From: a virus
Length of the DNA stretch: 64,000 nt
Strand: one strand, 5' to 3'
Virus record (IMG/VR): IMGVR_UViG_3300023235_000012
Coordinates: 32,001-96,000 of that record
This document shows positions 1 through 9,307 of this stretch, one piece after another. The notes under the pieces are model-generated. The model was not told where the DNA came from. It saw nothing but the letters and a program-made list of their open reading frames with translations, and did no database searches. Every line of letters begins with the position of its first letter. Position 1 is the stretch's first letter. The translations under genes were made by a program, and so were the position numbers.

Positions 1-43
1 CACGTTCTTATTGATGTGTATTAATTTCTTCATTGTTTTCCTC

Positions 44-304
44 TTAAAAACACGGATCGCCACAGTTTTCGCACCATCCGCTCATGTTTCGTTTTTCATT
101 CGCGCAGCAAGGATACTTTCCCTTGGCGTGTCCGAGTTTCTTAATATGAGCCCATAACCATTCTGGTCTTTTTTCATTTCTACATTCAAGATCAAGTGCA
201 AAAGAATGAACTAATTTTGAATATTCAGCATGTGTCAATGTAAATGTGACGTCATCGATTAAAACATCAAGGTTAGTCGTCCAATCGTTTGAATATTCAA
301 CCAT
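44..304 (-). CDS. hypothetical protein with C-terminal Cys-rich (zinc-ribbon-like) motif
   Basis: ORF coupled to the upstream gene; ends YPCC...WCENCGDPC. Confidence 0.6.
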   Translation of the reverse strand: MVEYSNDWTTNLDVLIDDVTFTLTHAEYSKLVHSFALDLECRNEKRPEWLWAHIKKLGHAKGKYPCCANEKRNMSGWCENCGDPCF

Positions 305-731
305 TCATCTTTTCCTTAACAAATGTTCCAGCGAGCTTCATGTCGATGGAAGAGCCATGCTCTTTCTTTAAATAGCCCATCACCTTGCCCATATCTTTAA
401 TAGATGAGGGGTTGGTCGCTTTGATAGCTTGCTCTACTATCTTAAAGGTTTCTTTCTCATCCATCTGCTTTGGCAGGAAACCCTCGAGAACGCTGATTTC
501 AAAATCAGGCTCATCTGTCGACCGACCGGCCTGATCCAAGAGATCACGGTTTCCAAGAGCTCCTTTCATGAACTTTTCTGCGAGCTTATGGACGTCTTCA
601 TCTGTCGCTTCTCGGTTATTGTCGTCTTTTGCTTTGGTCTTGACTTCAGAAAGCAAGGTGCTAAGAAGAATTGCTTCTCTACTCTTGTTCTTCCTTGCTT
701 GGATACTTCTTTTCTTTAGTTCTTCAAACAT
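297..731 (-). CDS. GatB/YqeY domain protein
   Basis: FLPKQM...KDMGKVMG YqeY signature; start placed at MFEELKK, overlapping the upstream stop. Confidence 0.85.
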   Translation of the reverse strand: MFEELKKRSIQARKNKSREAILLSTLLSEVKTKAKDDNNREATDEDVHKLAEKFMKGALGNRDLLDQAGRSTDEPDFEISVLEGFLPKQMDEKETFKIVEQAIKATNPSSIKDMGKVMGYLKKEHGSSIDMKLAGTFVKEKMNG

Positions 732-1023
732 CTTTTCTTTCTCCATCAACCCAGACACCATCGTCTGTTACTTTTATTCTTTGTCCTTGGTGCTTCATCC
801 CGTTTATTGTTGTGGAAGCTTTTCCATCGTTTGAGTTCTGCTCGACACTGAACAGATCAAACTTGTGGTCATGAAAGACCGCGTTTTTTACTGTCGGCGG
901 CAAATCCGGGTGCCAAACATTGAGTCGAAGGTTCTTGGTAAGATAGAGCTGAACGAAACCAACACCATGGAACCGAGGTTTGTGTTCTCGTGTCCGCAAA
1001 AAATTATAATCGGCTTGTGTCAT
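724..1023 (-). CDS. hypothetical protein, apparently chimeric (cupin-like N-terminus fused to an unrelated C-terminus)
   Basis: RLNVWHP...FHDHKFDLFS is followed abruptly by INGMKHQGQRIKVTDDGVWVDG. Confidence 0.5.
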   Translation of the reverse strand: MTQADYNFLRTREHKPRFHGVGFVQLYLTKNLRLNVWHPDLPPTVKNAVFHDHKFDLFSVEQNSNDGKASTTINGMKHQGQRIKVTDDGVWVDGERKDV

Positions 1024-2204
1024 TAGGCGAGCTCCGTCCCTCCTTTTCTCAACAAATATTTCGGACTGACGAATTTCAATTGAACTCGGCCGATAGTGTC
1101 ATCTTGACGCTCTTCTTTAGGGCGGATGACGATACCTTCACGAATGTTCGAACCACTAAAATCTTTTCCATCTCGGATTTCTGTCATCTTCTCCATAGAA
1201 AATGGTCCGCTATACAGAATAGGAACTGTCTCAATTTTCAAGCTATTAGCAAGGAAATGTAAATCAATTGGATCTAGATAACGTCCTTGGCCCGGCTTTC
1301 CAACATAAACATCAAACAATCTAAATTCAGGCATTGAGGTTCCGTAAACTAAATCCTGAACACCTCTACCGAAAACTTCTCCGAGCAGATAGATCGGCTC
1401 CGCTCGATCTGAAAGGTTAATCAGACGTTCAAGAAGATCGAAACCTTGTTCATCTCTTGAACGTTCAAGAACCTGAAGGTAAAGATTCTTTGTCATGTTT
1501 TCTTCATCCATTTCGAACGCTAAACCGCGAGCCGATAGTCCTTTACTGGAAACCACCTTGACTGCACTTGAATCTTCGTTCGGATAGAAACCATAACAGC
1601 ACCAGGTTCCGTGAAGCTTTTCTGTTACACTGACACATTCATCTTCTTTGAAGACATTGGGATAACGTTGAATGTTTTCAATGTCATATTTCAACGTCTT
1701 TCCAGATGCATTCCAAACCTTCCCAGACATTGAGGCAGGGATTGGAGGCTCATATTTGGTGACACCAAGCAAGTCAGAAACATCAACTCCAATTGCTTCT
1801 TCAAAGGCATTTTTCCCCTCAGCAATAATATATCTCTGATCAGATCCCTGAACCGTAACAAAATGATAATCATCTTCTGTTTCAATGATTACAGGCATCA
1901 AAATTCCCTGTGAAAATATTCCCCTTAATTTGATGGCCTTTACCCGATCACCTCTGGATCCAGCGAGACCACCTTTGCCTTTTTCTTCGTCCCAGAAACC
2001 CATTTTTTTCAAGAGCCATTCAGGTACTAGAGCCTGTTCTGGAATATAAACGACCAGATCATCTTTCTGATAGCGCCATGATCCATCTTCTTTCTTATTG
2101 GCGATACAATTATACCCACCAATCTTGACAATGGTCAAGCGATCTGCATCGGGATGTTCAACGACATCATCGATCCGAACCACATTAACTTCAAATTCAG
2201 CCAT
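1023..2204 (-). CDS. RNA ligase, DRB0094/Rnl2-like, with N-terminal OB-fold (tRNA-binding-like) domain
   Basis: HPDADRL N-domain; nucleotidyltransferase motifs EKLHG, GEVFG, FDV, EGIVIR and terminal K. Confidence 0.9.
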   Translation of the reverse strand: MAEFEVNVVRIDDVVEHPDADRLTIVKIGGYNCIANKKEDGSWRYQKDDLVVYIPEQALVPEWLLKKMGFWDEEKGKGGLAGSRGDRVKAIKLRGIFSQGILMPVIIETEDDYHFVTVQGSDQRYIIAEGKNAFEEAIGVDVSDLLGVTKYEPPIPASMSGKVWNASGKTLKYDIENIQRYPNVFKEDECVSVTEKLHGTWCCYGFYPNEDSSAVKVVSSKGLSARGLAFEMDEENMTKNLYLQVLERSRDEQGFDLLERLINLSDRAEPIYLLGEVFGRGVQDLVYGTSMPEFRLFDVYVGKPGQGRYLDPIDLHFLANSLKIETVPILYSGPFSMEKMTEIRDGKDFSGSNIREGIVIRPKEERQDDTIGRVQLKFVSPKYLLRKGGTELA

Positions 2205-2409
2205 TTTCTTTATCCCTCATTTCATTGATTTGGATTGCTTTTGTCAAAAAACCTGATGGATCATTGCATGGGCAAAAAGAAATGCTTCCCGAAGTAGAAT
2301 CTCTCAAAAAGAATCCAGTTTCGGTTGCTAGAAAATGAGTGTAGTCATCAAACCAATTCCATTTCTTTGCCCAGAATTGTCCTTTTTTTGTCACGTCGCG
2401 ATCAACCAT
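2197..2409 (-). CDS. hypothetical protein
   Basis: ORF overlapping both neighbours in operon fashion. Confidence 0.55.
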   Translation of the reverse strand: MVDRDVTKKGQFWAKKWNWFDDYTHFLATETGFFLRDSTSGSISFCPCNDPSGFLTKAIQINEMRDKENG

Positions 2410-2855
2410 TATTTTTCTTCTTTCAAATTTCGAACAGTCAGTTCTTTTCCAATCATTTCAGCTAAGTCTTTCAGCTTTTTCATATTGGAATGATTGAACT
2501 CATAACCTTCAGCTTCTATCCCATCAACCCACATTCCAAGCCTGAGCCATCCTTGTTCATAAGCTTTCAGTGTGATTCCTCGGCGTGCTTCATCTCTTGC
2601 CGGCTCATGATAGATTTCAAAAATGTGCCACGCTGGATGTTCGTCTGGCGTATCTTCATTCCAATGATCGTACTCATAGTCAACCCTATCAATCTCACTT
2701 AGAAGATCGCCAACGCCATCCAGAAATTCTGACACTGTATCACAATGTTCGTAAATTTCACACGAGATTAGCTGCCCTTTGGGACTCAGCCATCCGCCTC
2801 CTTTTTCGTTAAACTCTTTGATCTCTTTTTCAAGAATGTCCATCTCAAAATCCAA
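2409..2855 (-). CDS. hypothetical protein (GWLSPxG...H motif)
   Basis: ORF downstream of a sigma70-like promoter at about 2874-2902. Confidence 0.65.
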   Translation of the reverse strand: MDFEMDILEKEIKEFNEKGGGWLSPKGQLISCEIYEHCDTVSEFLDGVGDLLSEIDRVDYEYDHWNEDTPDEHPAWHIFEIYHEPARDEARRGITLKAYEQGWLRLGMWVDGIEAEGYEFNHSNMKKLKDLAEMIGKELTVRNLKEEK

Positions 2856-2991
2856 TCTTCTTAATTCTTAATTACTTTAACACGCTTACTATCACATGTC
2901 AAGAAAAATCATTAAGTCTTTCCAGCTTCTAGAAAAACAACCGAAGGGATCAAATTTTTGACTTCATCGTTTAGTTCTGTTTTAAATTTCA

Positions 2992-3320
2992 TCATGATTT
3001 TTCTTTCTGATGTTTTGTACATAAGGCTTGATAGAATCCATTTTTTGCGTAGATCTTACCGTGATCACCACAGATTTCACATGTTCTCCTTGATAGATCT
3101 CCAATAACAGTGATGTATTCGCCGAGTTTTCCTTTATTCATAAAACCCTCGTCAGTTAGCGGTTCGGGATGATGAACATAGAATCTAAGTGATCCAAACT
3201 TTTCCTTTACCTGGCGAACATTCAAGAGAGCTATGTCCAAATCTCCGCTTAAACTAAATCCAATCTTCCGATTACTGCAATCATTCCTGCGAGAGTACCG
3301 GTCAAAATAACGTTCTTCAT
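2992..3320 (-). pseudogene. QVKEKFG-family phage protein, probably frameshifted near its 5' end
   Basis: QVKEKFGSLRFY and CEIC...LC..H in the 2992-3240 frame; coupled ATG at 3320 lies one frame off, and one extra T near 3252 would join them. Confidence 0.45.
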
Positions 3321-3322
3321 TT

Positions 3323-4198
3323 TCACATCTTCTTTACAATTTTTTGATCAACAGCTGACCAAAACTTTTCAACAAAATCGTCTTCATACATGAATAATAT
3401 TTCATCGTAATTTTCCCAGGCGAAATTCCGAAACCATCCCGATGTGATGCTAGTGCAGACCTTTTTCAATGCAATCTCAAAGCTCTTTTTCGGAGGAATC
3501 TTTTCTCCATATGGAATCTGAGATCGTTCAAGGGCTAGAACGTACGACTCTTCAAGAACTCCACGGAGCCTCATGTAGTTTGAAAGATCAAAAAAGAGTT
3601 CTTCACTGCTTTGAACTTCAGCACCAGGTTTCATATAATAATGATAGGCTGGTTTATCAAAGACCTTCATTGCTTCATGAATGCTATCATGATCATATAC
3701 ATATTCTATGGTGTCCGTGAAGAAATCCTTCTTGGATTTCTTCAGATTAGGATGTTCGTAGTAATACGTTTCTTTCTTGCGTCGTTGATACCATGCTTGA
3801 TATTCAGTATGGATGGTTATACCTAATGAGCGCATTAGATGAATATCTTTCATCGTTTTAAGAAAAGCTGGGCTGTTTCTCAAAAAACGATGACTCATCT
3901 TTAGAGCATAGAGACCATTGAGACTTGCGTATTTACTGTTTCCAAAATTTCTTTTTTCAAGTTGTATGAACTCCTCGGCTGTCGAACCTTCCCAAGCTAT
4001 TTCAGCCTCGAAAATAGTTGTCCCTTTGAAAGCAACGATCTTCTTACCTTCATTAATGGGATAGCATTTATACAACTCTCCAGGAGACGATTTGATGAAA
4101 TCCATGCATTCATCGTAAGTCCCCATGATATCAATATCACGAGGAGTACGATTAATATCGCAGTAATTTCGAAGTGCATCAGATCCGACAATAAGCAC
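3323..4198 (-). CDS. putative nucleotidyltransferase with helical C-terminal domain
   Basis: N-terminal hhhGS..L....PRDIDI (GS plus DxD); YDHDSIHE motif; GTG start with SD AAGGA. Confidence 0.7.
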   Translation of the reverse strand: MLIVGSDALRNYCDINRTPRDIDIMGTYDECMDFIKSSPGELYKCYPINEGKKIVAFKGTTIFEAEIAWEGSTAEEFIQLEKRNFGNSKYASLNGLYALKMSHRFLRNSPAFLKTMKDIHLMRSLGITIHTEYQAWYQRRKKETYYYEHPNLKKSKKDFFTDTIEYVYDHDSIHEAMKVFDKPAYHYYMKPGAEVQSSEELFFDLSNYMRLRGVLEESYVLALERSQIPYGEKIPPKKSFEIALKKVCTSITSGWFRNFAWENYDEILFMYEDDFVEKFWSAVDQKIVKKM

Positions 4199-4212
4199 GA
4201 TTTATTCCTTTC

Positions 4213-4464
4213 TTAGGAAGTACAGCCTGAATCGTCCCAGTCACTGGTTTCCCAGTCTGCTTCTTCATCATCGTCTTCATCGATCGAACAAACCGAATCA
4301 TTCCAATTGTTAACTCTAGCTGTTCTACTTTCTTTGAAGCTTTTAGGCACTTCAAAGATAAATGGAATGTTTTCTTCTTGGGCGAGTTTTGTCGCTTTGT
4401 TCAATGCTTCCGTGGCAATCCTTGAAAGTTCTTCAATCTTTGCCAAATCTTCACGCGATGCCAT
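4213..4464 (-). CDS. small acidic protein with repeated W-x-x-S(-x-C) C-terminal motifs
   Basis: WNDSVC, WETSD, WDDSGC; helical N-terminus similar to 4840-5082. Confidence 0.7.
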   Translation of the reverse strand: MASREDLAKIEELSRIATEALNKATKLAQEENIPFIFEVPKSFKESRTARVNNWNDSVCSIDEDDDEEADWETSDWDDSGCTS

Positions 4465-4514
4465 TTCTAATTCTTTCTCTATAAATCATTCTTAGTATGA
4501 TGATCAATATCACC

Positions 4515-4676
4515 TTAAAGTTCTAATTCTGCGGCGTTCCATCCTTCGATCCAAGGATAGAATTGTGGGTGATCTTCTGGGTAAGGACAGTAATCTTTGT
4601 TGAGTCCCTCACAGAAAGCAGTACGACCTTCCCAAAAAGCGTTGTCATCTTCGACTTCTACATAACCGCTCGACAT
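4515..4676 (-). CDS. Rmf/CrpP-like small protein (53 aa, below the ORF-track cutoff)
   Basis: Hand translation MSSGYVEVEDDNAFWEGRTAFCEGLNKDYCPYPEDHPQFYPWIEGWNAAELEL; G..A...G.....CPY...W..GW pattern; SD and own sigma70-like promoter. Confidence 0.65.
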   Translation of the reverse strand: MSSGYVEVEDDNAFWEGRTAFCEGLNKDYCPYPEDHPQFYPWIEGWNAAELEL

Positions 4677-4839
4677 AACAAATCCTTTCCTTTATTATCC
4701 TTTATTTTAACACCTATTTAGACAGAAGTCAAGTTCTTTTTGGTTTTATTCGACGTAACAAGATATTCCGTGCTTTTATTGAAAAGCAGTCAAAATTTCT
4801 TCCTATAGAATCATTTATATTCCACTAATTCTTCAAGAC

Positions 4840-5082
4840 TTAACAACCCTGTGAAGAAGGATTCCAGAAACCTTGGCCGTCTTCGGCATCTGTATAGTCT
4901 TCATCGAATATTTCGTCACGTTCTGGATGATTGGCGCCAATATAATAGCCACCCATTCCATAAGCCGGATAAAATGAGAATTCGAGCCCATTTTCATCGG
5001 CGAAATTTTCAGCCTTTTTCAGGGCGGTGGATGCTGCTTTTACCAGTGCACTCAATTCTGCTACTTTTTCTTTGTCAGTCAT
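4840..5082 (-). CDS. small acidic protein ending W-x-x-S-S-x-x-C, paralogue of 4213-4464
   Basis: ELS.....A..AL.KA...A.E....F.F shared with 4213-4464; ends WNPSSQGC. Confidence 0.7.
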   Translation of the reverse strand: MTDKEKVAELSALVKAASTALKKAENFADENGLEFSFYPAYGMGGYYIGANHPERDEIFDEDYTDAEDGQGFWNPSSQGC

Positions 5083-5398
5083 TTGTTTCTTCCTTGTCTG
5101 TTAATTTGATTTGAAGTTCCTTCACTTCTCTTTCTAATCTTTCTGTCTTCTTCTTAGCCTTTTCGAGCTCTTCTTCTAGCAACTCGGTGTGGCTAACGGC
5201 ACCGGCTTTAACAATCTTGAGTTCAATCAATAATTCTCGAAACTTTCCTTTCCATTTTCGAAGATCTTCAAGCATTTCATTATTTGCTTCAATCAATTCT
5301 TTTGCTCTTTGTGAACTTAATTTCTTCACGGAAGCTAATTCTTCAGAAGGAGTCAATAAATGTTCCACTTTTTGTTCTTCTTTCTTCTTACCAAACAT
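5075..5398 (-). CDS. coiled-coil hypothetical protein
   Basis: Heptad-rich ORF. Confidence 0.6.
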   Translation of the reverse strand: MFGKKKEEQKVEHLLTPSEELASVKKLSSQRAKELIEANNEMLEDLRKWKGKFRELLIELKIVKAGAVSHTELLEEELEKAKKKTERLEREVKELQIKLTDKEETND

Positions 5399-5435
5399 CT
5401 TTTCTTGTCCTGTTCTATTTCTTGTTCAGAAATAT

Positions 5436-5666
5436 TTATTTAGCACAATCTGAACGGATTCCTAATGACTCTAAAGTACATTCATTAGGAACCGTTAGAA
5501 TTTCATAATGGAATCCATCTCCATCAACACCAAGCGCGAATTCATAATCAAGTTGATCGTTATCGTGTTTTTCTGTTTGAGATTTGATCCATTCAGCGTT
5601 GAACGTGTACCTAGTAAAATAAGAACCATCACCGCCATCGGCTACTAAAACAAATAAATTTTTCAT
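5436..5666 (-). CDS. hypothetical protein (DGGDGS motif)
   Basis: ORF with SD GAGGA. Confidence 0.65.
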   Translation of the reverse strand: MKNLFVLVADGGDGSYFTRYTFNAEWIKSQTEKHDNDQLDYEFALGVDGDGFHYEILTVPNECTLESLGIRSDCAK

Positions 5667-5708
5667 TTTTTCTATTCCTCAAATTCACGAACGATGCTTT
5701 CTCAGATA

Positions 5709-6011
5709 TTATCCGTTCCGGTTGCACCGATCCCTATCACTATTCTTTCGTTGTTTAGCTTTTATCATTCGCTCTTTCTTTCGTTCTAGTGTGTTCAGAA
5801 TATGCGGTCGCAGTGCAAGTTCTTCGTATAATTGGCTTTGAGTGATTTCTTCATTATTATTCTTACTCCAAGTTTTGGGAAAATCCCATTCTCCCATTTC
5901 TTGATTCCATTCCATACGAAAGAAATAGGACCGAAGATCTAAAAGCTGTTGGGTTGAAATTTCTTTAATCGTCTTCTTTTTTGTCTTTTCCATAATCTTC
6001 ACCTGTGACAT
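5709..6011 (-). CDS. hypothetical protein
   Basis: ORF coupled to the upstream gene. Confidence 0.55.
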   Translation of the reverse strand: MSQVKIMEKTKKKTIKEISTQQLLDLRSYFFRMEWNQEMGEWDFPKTWSKNNNEEITQSQLYEELALRPHILNTLERKKERMIKAKQRKNSDRDRCNRNG

Positions 6012-6889
6012 TTGATAATTTCTTCAAGTTCTCGAACCAATCGGCCGTGCTTATCTTCTTCGCTAACCGCGGCACTCAGACTTCCGTAATGAATTTCCAA
6101 ACATTCCAATAGCAAGGTTTTAATCTTCTCTTCGTCAGGTTTGATCGGCAGAGTGCTATTGGCGAACAAAGTCTCCAAGCTCTTTTCCTTCTCATCTGCC
6201 CACGTATTGAGTTTTTCGAGACTCCATTCGCCTCTCCGAATAGCTCGATAAACTTCACCATCACGGTCGAGAACCAAATCACCAGTGCTCAGGATCTGCT
6301 CTGCTTCTAGCAGCAGCCGTACGACATGGTATCCGAATTTCAGATCCCAGCCATGCTCGTCAATGCTTGCCTGGCGTTTAGGGTTAGCTCTGTTGCTGCC
6401 CTTATTGATCTTGCTCATCTGTGAAAAGCTATATCCTCGAAATTTATGATACGCCCCTTTGTGAAGGAACATCTTCCTCTTTTCACGAATCCGTTCATAG
6501 ATTTCCGTACTATGAAGCACACAGCGTCGAGGCAGGAACAGGTTGTCCACCATGTTTGGGTTGTTTTCCATTACAAGATTAAAGAACTTAACGATGCTGA
6601 AAATCGTCAGATCGTATTCTTTCCGTTCTTCAGGAACCTTAATATGATGCTGCTGATATTGATAAAATCGTTTGATCTGTCGACCAAAGCCTGGAATTTC
6701 ACCCGCAAGATGGGGGAAAACTAGGCCCTTAGGCGGCATACAAAAACCAACGATATCAACATCACTGTTATCAGTGCTTGCACCATAAGCAACACTCCCG
6801 GTCCAACCTTCAAACATCGTGTTGTTAGGCAACCAAGCCGGAGCGTTGATCAAATTCTTGTTAGACAGTTTGGCTAGTACGCTTGCCAT
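5999..6889 (-). CDS. Pol-beta-superfamily nucleotidyltransferase (RlaP/NrdC.11-like)
   Basis: GSVAYG...SDVDIVG, NPNMVD.LF, K...H.VRLL, IRRGEW motifs. Confidence 0.85.
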   Translation of the reverse strand: MASVLAKLSNKNLINAPAWLPNNTMFEGWTGSVAYGASTDNSDVDIVGFCMPPKGLVFPHLAGEIPGFGRQIKRFYQYQQHHIKVPEERKEYDLTIFSIVKFFNLVMENNPNMVDNLFLPRRCVLHSTEIYERIREKRKMFLHKGAYHKFRGYSFSQMSKINKGSNRANPKRQASIDEHGWDLKFGYHVVRLLLEAEQILSTGDLVLDRDGEVYRAIRRGEWSLEKLNTWADEKEKSLETLFANSTLPIKPDEEKIKTLLLECLEIHYGSLSAAVSEEDKHGRLVRELEEIIKCHR

Positions 6890-7075
6890 TTTAATCTTTT
6901 CTCGCTGCAATCATATGTTTGAAATCAAACTTTGGAATTAAATCTGGATTCTCAAATCAAGGGTTACAAACCGATAATCGTCATCGTCTTCGCAACAGAC
7001 AGTAAGTGCCTTGCCAAAGTCTTCGTACATTGCTTCGATTAAATTGGTCATTGACTTTCTCCTTCATCTTATTCA

Positions 7076-7105
7076 TTATAGTAACACAACCAGGAGATTT
7101 GTCAA
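7076..7105 (-). promoter_or_regulatory. sigma70-like early promoter (representative; similar sites near 2890, 4720, 9520, 24455, 28680, 30060, 33645, 34950, 35965, 39610, 58345, 62935)
   Basis: TTGACA-N16-TACTAT with TGTG extended -10; TTGAC(A/T)-N16-18-TAnnnT recurs in minus-strand intergenic gaps. Confidence 0.75.
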
Positions 7106-7128
7106 GCGTTATTTTCGATTATTTTCGA

Positions 7129-7410
7129 TTATTTTCGTTCTTCTGGCTCACCACAGATCAGACATTCATCATTAAGTGGATCTTGAATATAATCATATAC
7201 GCATGTTCCACTTGGACTTTCTTCACACTTCCAATGACCAATCATTAATCTTTTATGATTTTCATGCATGCCGAGATTGGACGCAATTTCTTGACGAAGA
7301 TTCTTATTATGATATTCAATCACTTCGATTAGAGGAGCTATCTGTTCGACTTCGATCTTGCGGAGAGCTTTTTCCGCAATGTTAATCTGCTCTTGTGAAT
7401 TACTGATCAT
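7129..7410 (-). CDS. hypothetical zinc-finger protein
   Basis: WKCEESPSGTCVY...CLICGEPEERK. Confidence 0.7.
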   Translation of the reverse strand: MISNSQEQINIAEKALRKIEVEQIAPLIEVIEYHNKNLRQEIASNLGMHENHKRLMIGHWKCEESPSGTCVYDYIQDPLNDECLICGEPEERK

Positions 7411-7432
7411 TTCTTTTCCTTATTTGGATTAG

Positions 7433-7609
7433 TCATTTTTTCGGTTGCTCTGCTAGGGCGACTCTTTTCCCTTCTTCAAAAGATTGTCTAAGTAAATCAA
7501 CAATCATATCTTCAACTGTTAGCATAGTGTCATGAACAATTGCGATGCGGGCTAGATTACTCACAAATCTAGCTTTTTCTTCTGGTGTCTTCTTTGCCAA
7601 ATTAGGCAT
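7433..7609 (-). CDS. small hypothetical protein (58 aa)
   Basis: Hand translation MPNLAKKTPEEKARFV...EQPKK fills the gap. Confidence 0.5.
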   Translation of the reverse strand: MPNLAKKTPEEKARFVSNLARIAIVHDTMLTVEDMIVDLLRQSFEEGKRVALAEQPKK

Positions 7610-7683
7610 AAACTTTCTTTCTTTTGTTTTAATTACATCTAATCTTGAAACATTTCAAGCATAATTCTCCACCTGAAACCGTA

Positions 7684-7947
7684 CTATTTTGTTGCATCCA
7701 CCCAATTATGATTACATTCGTTTGAACAATCTTCAATCATTCTGCGATAGATATTATTTATGGTTTTGGGTTTATTGAAAAGATCACACCCTAATTTTGT
7801 ACGTTGAGATTCTACTCCTGCCTCGATGCCATTTTGCAACATCTCCTCAGTCGGTTCAAGCGGAACAATTACAAAACCCTGTCGATGAAGTTCATCGACA
7901 TCAATATCCAATGCTTTTATCAATTCTTCTTTATTGAACATCGTCAT
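7684..7947 (-). CDS. hypothetical protein; C-terminal zinc ribbon apparently cut by a +1 frameshift
   Basis: VPLEPTEEM motif; ends CNHNWVDATK, while NSTVSGGELCLKC continues in another frame. Confidence 0.55.
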   Translation of the reverse strand: MTMFNKEELIKALDIDVDELHRQGFVIVPLEPTEEMLQNGIEAGVESQRTKLGCDLFNKPKTINNIYRRMIEDCSNECNHNWVDATK

Positions 7948-7998
7948 AAAATATCTTCTCCTCAGTTTCCAAGTTAATGAATCAGTTGGTAATGAATA

Positions 7999-8580
7999 TT
8001 AATCTTGTTTTGATTCCGGCACGTCGACATATTCTCTTTTCGGAATATATGGAAAAGCAATGTTTACTCGACTATCTCGATTGGTGAAACACATACCGTC
8101 TGGTTCACGGAATACTCTTCCATCAATGTCATATGCTTGATCGTTTTCTTTGAATACGTGACTGCATCTTTTATTTTGGAAAATGCCTTCGCCGCACTCA
8201 ATCCATTCGTCATCACCACCGGTAAGTGGAGTTAATGGTTCGAACATGGCCAAATCTTTGAATAAGTTTACTGCGATACCAGCGCTCATACCTGAATGAC
8301 CTTCATCACTAAATTGACGTATCATCGATAAAACTGCATTGGGCATCATATCTCCGTACATTGCATCATCATCAAACCAGCCCGCGCGTTGCAGCTCTTC
8401 ACGAGCATAAATCTCTGAATTACCAGGTTTATAACCAATCCATTTTAGACGTTCGCATGCATTGCGCATGTTATGTACCATACCGTCCCGAATGTCAAAT
8501 AACATCCGTTGAATTTTTGACGAAATAGTTTCTTTATATTCACATCTTTCGGCTGAAGCTGCAATTTGGTTTGACATCAT
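7999..8580 (-). CDS. conserved phage hypothetical protein
   Basis: FSDEGHSGMSA...PLTPLTG.DDEW...QNKRCS motifs; start uncertain. Confidence 0.7.
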   Translation of the reverse strand: MMSNQIAASAERCEYKETISSKIQRMLFDIRDGMVHNMRNACERLKWIGYKPGNSEIYAREELQRAGWFDDDAMYGDMMPNAVLSMIRQFSDEGHSGMSAGIAVNLFKDLAMFEPLTPLTGGDDEWIECGEGIFQNKRCSHVFKENDQAYDIDGRVFREPDGMCFTNRDSRVNIAFPYIPKREYVDVPESKQD

Positions 8581-8653
8581 TTCTCCATCTGATGTTTAAC
8601 TATATTTTCTTTTAAAGGTTAACACAGAACAAGATAGATATCAAAATATCATT

Positions 8654-9307
8654 TTATGTCCAAAGTGAATGGAAGTATTTCCCGAACAAAAGGAAACCAT
8701 TGGCCATCCGTTCTTGATGAGCTCTGATTCCTTTTTCGTCGTGTTTACCTTCTTCAATCCAACGAACAGGTTTAGATTTTTTGCCTTCATCTTCAGGATA
8801 CTTCTTGTCGTCTAATTCTGGGTATTTTTCCCAGAATTGATCTTCCCAGTCAATAGTGTTCTGTTCGAAGGCCCAGATCATTTCGTCCAAAATCCATTCC
8901 CATCGTTTGAAAAAATTATCATCTGTATCCCATTTGTTTTTTAATGCTGAAGTATTAGTTGAACGAAGCTCTTCAGGAACGTCTTCATCGTTGACGAATG
9001 GAGCACCGACCTTCCTTTCTTTCAACTGCTTAAGCAGTGGGAGGATGATAATGGAAAGTGTGTGGTCCATTGACCAGATGTCATATGGATCAATTCGGAT
9101 TTTGATTTTTCGTTCTCGTCTTTCGTGAATCCAATTGCACCAATCACCTAGCCGACTATCAGCAAGTTTTTCACCGAAAGCATGGACCCAATCTGGCTTT
9201 TCCAAAATTCCGAGCTCATCTTTCTGCAATGGTACCCAAAAACAGAGCAGATCAGCTATTTGATAAGGTCCCCAATATTTTAAAAACGGGCCTATTCTGA
9301 CTTTCAT
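8654..9307 (-). CDS. conserved T4-like phage hypothetical protein
   Basis: DIWSMDHTL, W..ILDEMIWAF, LFGKYF..LW. Confidence 0.75.
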   Translation of the reverse strand: MKVRIGPFLKYWGPYQIADLLCFWVPLQKDELGILEKPDWVHAFGEKLADSRLGDWCNWIHERRERKIKIRIDPYDIWSMDHTLSIIILPLLKQLKERKVGAPFVNDEDVPEELRSTNTSALKNKWDTDDNFFKRWEWILDEMIWAFEQNTIDWEDQFWEKYPELDDKKYPEDEGKKSKPVRWIEEGKHDEKGIRAHQERMANGFLLFGKYFHSLWT

